Below are positions 34,737 through 42,079 of a stretch of DNA of 42,079 nt, piece after piece. Where the stretch lies: positions 1 through 42,079 of IMG/VR virus record IMGVR_UViG_3300025518_000034; one strand, 5' to 3'. Each line of letters begins with the position of its first letter. Position 1 is the first letter of the stretch. The position numbers and the translations under genes were made by a program. This DNA is from a virus (lineage: Duplodnaviria; Caudoviricetes). Under the pieces are notes generated by a model. The model was not told the DNA's origin. It did not search any database and saw only the letters and a program-made list of their open reading frames with translations.

Positions 34737-35015
34737 ATGGCCATCACACACGACCCCTACCTGCTGCAGACGCACAGCCAGGCGCGCATCGACACCGGCC
34801 TGGCCAACCCCAACGGCGTGGCATGCACATCAAGCCTCATGCCGCTGCCTGACCGACTGAGCCAGCCCCACCAGCCAGCCAGCATCGAGCAGCGCCGGCG
34901 CCACCACGAGAAGAACAACGAGGCCGGTCGCTTGATCGGCCTGGTAGCCGGCACCGTGGTGCTGCTGGTGGCGTTTGCCAGCTTCGCCGTCTGGGTCTGG
35001 CAGGTGCTGCTGTGA
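34737..35015 (+). CDS. 92-aa protein with C-terminal TM helix
   Basis: Start MAITHD with GGAG SD; hydrophobic C-terminus. Confidence 0.65.
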   Translation: MAITHDPYLLQTHSQARIDTGLANPNGVACTSSLMPLPDRLSQPHQPASIEQRRRHHEKNNEAGRLIGLVAGTVVLLVAFASFAVWVWQVLL

Positions 35016-35302
35016 ACAACGGGTTCGACCGGGACCACCTGCAGCGAGCCTTTCGCCTGCTGGCGTTTCGCTCTGTGCAGACACTGGATGAAGCCCTGGC
35101 CGACCCTCTGCGGGCCCACCTGGTCTACACCTGCGCCACCTCACTGGCCAACCGTGACAAGGCCACGGCCGAAGCCGCCCAGCGCCGCCACGTGGTGCGA
35201 CCGGCCGAGCCCACACCCAGCCCCAGCCGCACCTGGTGGCAGCCACCACCCACCCATACCACCGACCTCAAGCGAGCCTCTGCCGGCGATCTGGACGACT
35301 GA
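35012..35302 (+). CDS. Early hypothetical protein
   Basis: GTGA overlap; C-terminal DLKRASAGDLDD. Confidence 0.7.
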   Translation: MNNGFDRDHLQRAFRLLAFRSVQTLDEALADPLRAHLVYTCATSLANRDKATAEAAQRRHVVRPAEPTPSPSRTWWQPPPTHTTDLKRASAGDLDD

Positions 35303-35323
35303 GGCATCCACCTGATCAAACCC

Positions 35324-36019
35324 ATGCCATCCAACACCATTGCACCCATCACGCTCGACGCTCTCCGGCATCTGCGCCTGCACGGCGTGTGCACCCTCAA
35401 GGCCATGCGCCAGGCGCTGCCGGCTCTACCCGCCCAGACCATGAACAACCTGGTCAGCCTGGGCCACGCTATCCGCACCGAGCAAGGGTTCGCCATCACC
35501 CCCAAGGGCCGCAAGCGACTCGACACGGTCGGTGACCCGAAAGCCATCAAGCAGATCAAGGCCTATTACACCGGCTCGGCGATGCTTTCACACGACCAAG
35601 TGCAACAGAAGATCGTCGAGGTGCTTGAGCGAGCCAGCAAGGCACTCTCGCTGACAGACATCGGCCGGCGTGCTGGTCTGAGCGACAACATCATCAGGCC
35701 CGTGCTGACCGCGCTGGTGCAGCGGGGCACCGTGGTGCCCTCAGGCGGTCGGCACATCACCTACCAACTGGCACATCGGTCTATCAGACCCAAGGCCGAT
35801 GCACGACGACCCGAGCTGCACCGCCAGAGCCACGCCTTCGGCGGGCCGCGCGAAGCCCTGACGAGCGATGACTACACCTGCCCGGAGCTGCAGCAAAACC
35901 CAGGCATCGCCGCTGACCGCTTCATCGCCTTTGCGCTACCCAGCCGCGTTGGCAGTCGCCTTCACTGGCCGGATGGCCGGGTTACCCCTTTCAGCGAAAA
36001 CCCGGGCCTGCCGGCCTGA
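35324..36019 (+). CDS. Winged-helix DNA-binding protein (two probable wHTH domains)
   Basis: FAITPKG and LSLTDIGRRAGLS...LTALVQRGTV patterns. Confidence 0.7.
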   Translation: MPSNTIAPITLDALRHLRLHGVCTLKAMRQALPALPAQTMNNLVSLGHAIRTEQGFAITPKGRKRLDTVGDPKAIKQIKAYYTGSAMLSHDQVQQKIVEVLERASKALSLTDIGRRAGLSDNIIRPVLTALVQRGTVVPSGGRHITYQLAHRSIRPKADARRPELHRQSHAFGGPREALTSDDYTCPELQQNPGIAADRFIAFALPSRVGSRLHWPDGRVTPFSENPGLPA

Positions 36020-36073
36020 TTTCACAGTTTCCCCAAACGGTCATTTGACCACTTCACTACCGAAAGAACCGCA

Positions 36074-36451
36074 ATGTCAACCATCAAATGGATCAATACC
36101 CCGACCAATCGTCAGAACGGCGCGTACATCACGGCGCGCGCTACCAGAGAGGCGTCCGGATACCAGCGCCTCAACATCTATTTCAGCAAACGCGCGGTTG
36201 AATCGCTAGGACTGCAGGGCGGCGAGCGAATGCTGGTCGGCATCGATCTACACAACCGACGCCTGTGCCTGAAGCCAGCCATGCTGGGAGGCAACCGGCT
36301 GAAAACCAAGCAACACGGTGACCATCTTGAGTTGCTGCTGACCATCCCATCGACCAAACCGCTGCCAGAGCCCGTTTTGGTAAATGAAGACCAAGTCGGC
36401 GTCTCTGATGACATGTTCACGTTGCCCTATCCAGTTGAATCGATGCTGTGA
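36074..36451 (+). CDS. Hypothetical protein, possibly AbrB-like fold
   Basis: LNIYFSKRAVESLGLQGGERMLV pattern. Confidence 0.6.
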   Translation: MSTIKWINTPTNRQNGAYITARATREASGYQRLNIYFSKRAVESLGLQGGERMLVGIDLHNRRLCLKPAMLGGNRLKTKQHGDHLELLLTIPSTKPLPEPVLVNEDQVGVSDDMFTLPYPVESML

Positions 36452-36458
36452 GGCCAGG

Positions 36459-38441
36459 ATGACCACCGCAACCACCAACGACCTCACCCTCGACGACATT
36501 GAGACCCTCAAGGGCGCCAGCGTCCAGATCAACCACGAATGCATCGACCCCATGAGTGGGGACCTGCACATGTGGGCTGGCCAGCACGGCACGCTGATCG
36601 GCACCACGCCGCTGGGCGGCATCACCATTGCCGTGGGCAAGCGCGAGAAAATCTTCGACCGCAAGGACTTCACCGTGACTGCGCCACCAGGTGCGGCGCC
36701 GGCCACCCCCATCGCGCCCAAGGTGGCGGCCAGCCATGGCGACGTGCCCGAGCTGGTCAACGTGGCCCCGCTGCAGGCCATCAACAGCCCGACCAACCCG
36801 CGCCGCCGGCGAGGGCTCGACCTGGACAGCCTGCGCGCCCTGGCCGACAGCATCACGGCCCACGGCCTGGGCAACCCCATCCTCGTGCGGCCGCTGCCAA
36901 GCAGCCGCCTGGAAGAGACCAGCGGCATGGATCCGCGCCCGGCGTATGAGGTGATCGCCGGCGAGCGCCGCTGGCGGGCCGCCCAGCTGGCCGAGCTGCC
37001 CACCATGCCCATGGTGGTGCGGCACATGGACGACCAGGCCGTGCTGGAAATGCAGCTGGTCGAGAACATCGAGCGCGAGGACCTGGACCCCATGGAGGAG
37101 GCCGAGGGCTTCGCGCTGCTGCGCGAGAAGCTGGGCTACACGGTCGAGCAGATCGCCGACAAGATGGGCAAGGGCCGTGGCCCGAGCTACGTGCGCAAGC
37201 GCATGAAGCTGCTGGATCTGACGCCCGAGAGTCGCGAGGCGATGTACGACGGCACCCTGCAGCTGTCCACCGGCCTGCTGGTGGCCCGCTACCCTGCCGA
37301 CAAACAGGCGGCTGCCGTCAAGCTGATTGCCAGCATGGCCACCAAGGGCGCCGACGGCAGCCCGGTGCCTGCGCCCTTCCGCGAGGTGTCACTGGCTCTC
37401 TACCGCAAGTTCGCCACCATCCTCAAGACCGCCGCATTCGACATCACCGACCACACGCTGGTGATGACAGCGGGCCCGTGCACCACCTGCACGAAACGAA
37501 CGCGGGCCAACGAGGACCTGTTCGCCGAGAGCACCGACGCCGGCGAGGACAGCTGCCTGGACAGCCAGTGCTGGGCCGACAAGAAGGCCGCCCACGTACA
37601 GCGCGTGCACGCAGACGCCCAGGCGCGCGGACTGCAGGTGATCGAGGGCTCCGACGCTGAGGCGATCGCGTACACGCCGCACAGCAAGTTCCGGATCGGC
37701 TACGTCTCGCTGGACCAGACCGCCTACACCGAGACCGGAGACGACGGCGAGGAGCGCGAGGTGACCTACGCCGACGCCCTGCGCGCCCAGGGACGCAAGG
37801 CACCCAAGCCTGTGGTGCTGATCAACCCCTACACCAGCCAGGCCGAGGAGCTGCTGGACCAGGACGCTGCCGAGAAGCTGCTGCCCAAACAAGTGCAGGA
37901 GAAGAAGGCGGCCGAAGTGGCAGAAACCGAGCAACGCCTGGAGCAGGCCCGCGCAGCCATGGACCCGTTGTCCGAAGAGGTCAGGGCCATGCGACGGCAG
38001 GAGGTGACCCGGGCTGTCCTTTTCCGGCTGTTCGACGGCGTGAGGGCCCGCGAGCGCACCACGGCCGACCTGCTGCTGATCGCCGAGCAGTTCCTGGCTC
38101 ACTCCACCGAGCAGTTCGGCCACCTGGAACAGTACATGGACTGGGACTCAGCCCAGCACGACGACCCGGCGGAGTACCTGCGCGAGAAGCTGGCCGCGAT
38201 GGACGCCAACCAGCTGGGGCAGATCATCACCATGCTCAGCATCGAAGCGGCCATAACGCTCTATGGCGGCCGGTACGACGATGAGGACCAGGCCGTGGCA
38301 TTCGTCCAGGCACAGGGCATCGACATCCTGGCCGTGCGCGACAAGGTCAACGACGACCTGGAGCGTCAACTCAGCGCGGAAGACGAAGAATCCGCCGCCA
38401 ACACCCAGGACGCCGATCAGGCCGAGGGAGAGACGGTATGA
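36459..38441 (+). CDS. ParB/RepB/Spo0J-family protein with long C-terminal extension
   Basis: YEVIAGERRWRAA and ENIEREDL motifs, HTH and a Cys cluster. Confidence 0.92.
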   Translation: MTTATTNDLTLDDIETLKGASVQINHECIDPMSGDLHMWAGQHGTLIGTTPLGGITIAVGKREKIFDRKDFTVTAPPGAAPATPIAPKVAASHGDVPELVNVAPLQAINSPTNPRRRRGLDLDSLRALADSITAHGLGNPILVRPLPSSRLEETSGMDPRPAYEVIAGERRWRAAQLAELPTMPMVVRHMDDQAVLEMQLVENIEREDLDPMEEAEGFALLREKLGYTVEQIADKMGKGRGPSYVRKRMKLLDLTPESREAMYDGTLQLSTGLLVARYPADKQAAAVKLIASMATKGADGSPVPAPFREVSLALYRKFATILKTAAFDITDHTLVMTAGPCTTCTKRTRANEDLFAESTDAGEDSCLDSQCWADKKAAHVQRVHADAQARGLQVIEGSDAEAIAYTPHSKFRIGYVSLDQTAYTETGDDGEEREVTYADALRAQGRKAPKPVVLINPYTSQAEELLDQDAAEKLLPKQVQEKKAAEVAETEQRLEQARAAMDPLSEEVRAMRRQEVTRAVLFRLFDGVRARERTTADLLLIAEQFLAHSTEQFGHLEQYMDWDSAQHDDPAEYLREKLAAMDANQLGQIITMLSIEAAITLYGGRYDDEDQAVAFVQAQGIDILAVRDKVNDDLERQLSAEDEESAANTQDADQAEGETV

Positions 38442-38794
38442 GCGGCCTGGTCGACCAGCTCATGGCCAAAGGCAAGGCCTACGGGGCCGCTGCGACGCTG
38501 TATGAGCACATCGGCACCGAGAAGAACTGTGCAGCCATGGAGGCAGCCGAGCAGGAGTTTCGCGCCGCCCTGCTGTCCGCCCTCATGCCGCTGCAAGTCT
38601 CAGCCACCGGCGTCCTGGTCAGCCAGGTGCTGACCATGGCCGTGATGATGGAGAAGGCCCTCGAAGTCCTCAAGAACGTGGAAGCCGAGGGCGGCCACGA
38701 CCAGGAGGACCTGCAGGAGCTTATCAACCGGCACGAGGAGGCCATTGCCACCGTGCTGAAACACCGTGCAGCTGAGGTTCCACAGCATGGCTGA
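38438..38794 (+). CDS. Hypothetical helical protein
   Basis: ATGA overlap with parB. Confidence 0.7.
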   Translation: MSGLVDQLMAKGKAYGAAATLYEHIGTEKNCAAMEAAEQEFRAALLSALMPLQVSATGVLVSQVLTMAVMMEKALEVLKNVEAEGGHDQEDLQELINRHEEAIATVLKHRAAEVPQHG

Positions 38795-39749
38795 GAACAC
38801 GAAGATCGAGTGGGCTCACCACACCTTCAACCCCTGGATCGGTTGCACCAAGGTGTCGCCGGGCTGTGATCACTGCTACGCCGAGGCGGACTTCGACAAG
38901 CGCCGACACATCGTGCAGTGGGGCGCCGGCCAGCCTCGCAAGCGCACAGCCCCCAGCACATGGTCCATGCCGATCAAGTGGAACGCCGAAGCCGAGCGCC
39001 TTGGCATTCGCTACCGCGTCTTCTGCGCCAGCCTGGCCGACGTGTTCGACAACGAGGTCGAGGAATCGTGGCGCCTCGACCTGATCTGGCTGATCCACAA
39101 GACACCGAACCTTGACTGGCTACTACTGACGAAGCGCATTGGGAACGCAAAGAGCATGCTGACTGAAGCAATTGTGCAACTCGACCCCGCCGGCGAATGG
39201 CCTGTGCCTCTGCCAAACGTCTGGGTCGGCGCCACCATCACCAACCAGGAAGAGGCCAACCGCGACATCCCGAAGCTGCTGGCTGTGCCGGCAGCAAAGC
39301 GCTTCCTGTCCATGGAGCCGCTGCTGGGCCCCGTGGATCTGGAGCGCCCGCGTCCAGGTCCCGACCTCGATCAAGGCGGTGGCCAGATGATCTGCCAGCC
39401 GTGGCTGATCCAGAGTGGGATCGACTGGGTAATCGTCGGCGGGGAGAGTGGCCATCAGGCGCGCCCCATGTACCCAGACTGGGCCCGCAGCCTTCGTGAC
39501 CAGTGTCAGCGGGCCGGCGTTCCGTTCCTGTTCAAACAGTGGGGGGAGTGGACCCCTGGAGAAAACGTAGAGCGCGAGAGGGGCACTGTGGACACAGCCT
39601 TTCTGTTTGAGGACGGCTGGCACATCTATCCACTCAACCTGGCCACCGACTACGGCCACATTGACGATCAGCCGGACTTGTACCGCATCGGCAAGAAGGC
39701 CGCTGGCCGTCACCTCGATGGCCGAACCTGGGATGAGGTGCCCGCATGA
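38787..39749 (+). CDS. Phage Gp37/Gp68 (DUF5131) family protein
   Basis: TKIEW, GCTKVSPGCDHCYA, LLTKR, SMEPLLG, VGGESG and FKQWG motifs. Confidence 0.93.
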   Translation: MAENTKIEWAHHTFNPWIGCTKVSPGCDHCYAEADFDKRRHIVQWGAGQPRKRTAPSTWSMPIKWNAEAERLGIRYRVFCASLADVFDNEVEESWRLDLIWLIHKTPNLDWLLLTKRIGNAKSMLTEAIVQLDPAGEWPVPLPNVWVGATITNQEEANRDIPKLLAVPAAKRFLSMEPLLGPVDLERPRPGPDLDQGGGQMICQPWLIQSGIDWVIVGGESGHQARPMYPDWARSLRDQCQRAGVPFLFKQWGEWTPGENVERERGTVDTAFLFEDGWHIYPLNLATDYGHIDDQPDLYRIGKKAAGRHLDGRTWDEVPA

Positions 39750-40294
39750 AGCGCACGCCGCCCCACCGCTTCACCTACAGCCTGTTCGACGAACTGGCGG
39801 CCAGCACGACGAAGCCGCTGGATCCAGAGAAGCAAGCCTGGCAGCTCGACCGCATGCGCTTTGCCCTCCAGACCATTGAGTCGGGCGACCAGCCCACAGC
39901 GACCGACTGGCGCATGTGCAGCGATGCCGTGAACATCCTGGAGGTGCTGATCACCGGCGGCGCCACTCTGCAGGCAGACGATGGCACCCTTTGCGCCGGC
40001 TGGTGGCCAGGCTGCGACGGCGAACCCGTGCGCGTCACGGACGCCAGCGGCATGCTCCAGGACGCGATCGAGGCCATGGCCATGGCTGGCCGGCGTTACT
40101 TCACCCACGGGACCATCCGTCTGGACGGTGCCGGCATCACCACCATGCGGGCCGTGCTCGATGACTATGCCGAGCTGATCGCCGCATTGCCAGCACGCAC
40201 CGTGATCCGTGCACACAGGCAGACCGAGAAGCGGATCCACGAGATCAACACCGGCAAGCGCCGGCCGCACGACGTGGAGATCGTCAAGCTATGA
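39746..40294 (+). CDS. Hypothetical protein
   Basis: 182 aa with ATGA overlaps at both ends. Confidence 0.75.
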   Translation: MKRTPPHRFTYSLFDELAASTTKPLDPEKQAWQLDRMRFALQTIESGDQPTATDWRMCSDAVNILEVLITGGATLQADDGTLCAGWWPGCDGEPVRVTDASGMLQDAIEAMAMAGRRYFTHGTIRLDGAGITTMRAVLDDYAELIAALPARTVIRAHRQTEKRIHEINTGKRRPHDVEIVKL

Positions 40295-40734
40295 GCACCC
40301 TGACCATCGAGATCTCGGCCGCGGCCTTCGGCGTGCTGGGCACCGTGCTGCTGGCCTTGAACGGCCCGAGGGCTGGCTGGGGCTTCGTGGCCTACCTGGT
40401 CAGCAACGCCGGCTGGATCGCCTTCGCGTGGATACATGCCCACTGGGCACTGCTGGCCCAGCAGCTGGCCTTCACCGCCAGCAGCACGCTGGGGGTGTGG
40501 GTGTGGCTGATCAAGCCACTACGCGAGAACTGGCCGATGGCGCTGTGTGGTCGGATCATGACGCTTGCCGATTGGGTGATGGATGCGGGGAGTGAACGGC
40601 AATCTGTAGCCGGACCGGCGCTCGCTGTGTCGAACGCACTGGATGAGATCGCCCTGCGTGTTTACCTGCGGTACAAGCCACCAGGCCAGACCTGGAATCC
40701 GGTCGACGGCCGCTGGGAGACCGAGAAGTCATGA
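40291..40734 (+). CDS. Three-TM membrane protein
   Basis: Three hydrophobic segments; GFVAYLVSN...W motif. Confidence 0.7.
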   Translation: MSTLTIEISAAAFGVLGTVLLALNGPRAGWGFVAYLVSNAGWIAFAWIHAHWALLAQQLAFTASSTLGVWVWLIKPLRENWPMALCGRIMTLADWVMDAGSERQSVAGPALAVSNALDEIALRVYLRYKPPGQTWNPVDGRWETEKS

Positions 40735-41177
40735 CTGCCGCGTTCCTGCCCCGCCTGATCCGTCACCGGGACGCGCCAGCTTACTGCGGGGTGGACCGCA
40801 ACAAGTTCGACGCCGAGATCAGGCCCCAGCTCACGGAGATCCCGCTGGGGCCAAAGTCCCTTGCCTTCGATCGTCTTGAGCTGGACCAGTGGGCAGACGC
40901 GTATATTGCGGCCCATGGACGCCCGGGCCGCACGAAGAGAAAGGACGGACAACAATGCGAACCCGGACAAGAGGCATCCAGCTCGACGAGGATGGGAGCA
41001 GGACCCTCAACCAGGTCTACAAGGGCCACCGCATCTTCCAGCGCCTCGGCAAAGTCAGCCAGGCCGAAGCTGAGGAGCGTCTCGCCAGGGAAAGAGCACG
41101 CGTCGAGGAGCAGCTCGCTCTCGAACTTCGAAGAGGCTCTGAACGCCTGTGGGCAGATGCAGCGCGCAAGTATCTGA
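40731..41177 (+). CDS. xis: Excisionase-like protein
   Basis: PRLIRHRDAPAYCGV...FDRLELDQWAD winged-helix pattern directly upstream of int. Confidence 0.75.
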   Translation: MTAAFLPRLIRHRDAPAYCGVDRNKFDAEIRPQLTEIPLGPKSLAFDRLELDQWADAYIAAHGRPGRTKRKDGQQCEPGQEASSSTRMGAGPSTRSTRATASSSASAKSARPKLRSVSPGKEHASRSSSLSNFEEALNACGQMQRASI

Positions 41178-42079
41178 TCGAGTGCCAGGCCAACAAGGTC
41201 CGCACGCTCGACCTGATCGGATACCACGTCAAGCTGCTGCTGCCCTACATAGGCGGTCAACCGCTGGCCGAGATCTGCAACGACAGCCTGGAAGACTTCA
41301 AGGCCGACCGGCAGGACGAGGGCGTCAAGAACGCCACGATCAACCGGTCTCTTGAAGTGGTGCGCACCACCCTCAACCGCGCCGCACGCGTGTGGCGCGA
41401 TGGAGGCAAGCCCTGGCTGTCGGCACCACCCCTGATCGAAATGCTGGACGAGAACGCACAGAAGCGACCGGCTTGCCCCATCTCGTGGGCCGAACAGGCG
41501 ATGCTGCTGCCCAAGCTGCCCGCCCACTTGGCTGACATGGTGGAGTTCGCCGTGAACACCGGCGCCCGCGACGAGAACGTCTGCGGCCTGCGGTGGGAGT
41601 GGGAAGTGCGCGTGCCTGAGCTGCAGCGAAGTGTGTTCGTCATCCCGCCCGAGTTCTACAAGACCAACCGCACCCACGTCCTGGTGCTCAACGACACCGC
41701 CTGGCGGATCGTGGAGCGCCAGCGGGGCAAGCACGACACATTCGTGTTTGTCTACCGGCGCGAGAGGGTCAAGAACCTGGACATGGAGCCTGCCATGGAA
41801 TACCACCGAGTGGGCACGATGAACAACACGGCATGGCAGTCGGCGCGCAAGGTTGCAGGCCTGGAAAAGGTCCGCATCCACGACCTGCGCCACACCTATG
41901 GCCAACGGCTGCGCGACGCAGGCGTGAGCGCCGAGGACAGGGCACTGCTGCTGGGGCACGCCACCGACGACATGCCATCGCACTACGCGGTGGCCGTGGT
42001 GGAGAACCTGGTGACAGCAGCCAACTCGGTGGCCAGGACCCGGGACAGAACCACCCTCTTGAAGGTGGTGAACGGGTGA
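40955..42079 (+). CDS. int: Phage tyrosine integrase
   Basis: Catalytic R (TGAR), K (YKT), HDLRH, LGH and HY; ATG at 40955 with AAGGA SD. Confidence 0.95.
   Translation: MRTRTRGIQLDEDGSRTLNQVYKGHRIFQRLGKVSQAEAEERLARERARVEEQLALELRRGSERLWADAARKYLIECQANKVRTLDLIGYHVKLLLPYIGGQPLAEICNDSLEDFKADRQDEGVKNATINRSLEVVRTTLNRAARVWRDGGKPWLSAPPLIEMLDENAQKRPACPISWAEQAMLLPKLPAHLADMVEFAVNTGARDENVCGLRWEWEVRVPELQRSVFVIPPEFYKTNRTHVLVLNDTAWRIVERQRGKHDTFVFVYRRERVKNLDMEPAMEYHRVGTMNNTAWQSARKVAGLEKVRIHDLRHTYGQRLRDAGVSAEDRALLLGHATDDMPSHYAVAVVENLVTAANSVARTRDRTTLLKVVNG

Larger units (their letters stand above)
1..42079. mobile_element. Temperate siphovirus prophage (lambda-like head and cos packaging, tyrosine integrase); both ends truncated
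   Basis: Complete ordered modules: lysis, tail, head, terminase, replication, immunity, early genes, xis/int. No host genes in the window. Confidence 0.97.

Noticed and set aside
40955-42079. Integrase as an integron integrase, and att core sites
   Set aside because: It is paired with xis and I see no IntI-specific insertion. The window ends at its stop codon, so attL and attR cannot be located.

Overview
The window is one near-complete temperate siphovirus prophage. It is GC-rich and the gene content suggests a betaproteobacterial host, which is my inference. It is trimmed at gene boundaries, from a lysis-region stop codon at base 1 to the integrase stop at 42079, so the att sites are not visible. 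On the minus strand, read right to left, are cro, a CII-like gene, a TOPRIM primase, a D5/SF3-like helicase, an iteron origin, a cos-like site, lambda-type terminases, a Q-like regulator, accessory genes, a lambda-type head module, a non-contractile tail and the lysis genes. On the plus strand are a short cI, a four-gene immunity-region insert (HipA-like kinase, DUF3037-like protein, small protein, ADP-ribosyltransferase-like protein) and the early-left operon (ParB, Gp37/Gp68, xis, int). Three observations stand out. (1) At 20.5-21.5 kb there is an integron-like array with no IntI: an attI-like site and two attC-like sites whose core sequences pair exactly as in excisable cassettes. Its genes are inverted and read through an attC site. 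(2) Small antisense genes are repeatedly inserted into both early operons, with conserved promoter/RNA-hairpin leaders or translationally coupled sense ORFs. (3) A candidate kinase plus ART defence locus is coupled to a repressor that lacks a peptidase domain. All product calls come from motif reading and synteny; no database search was run.
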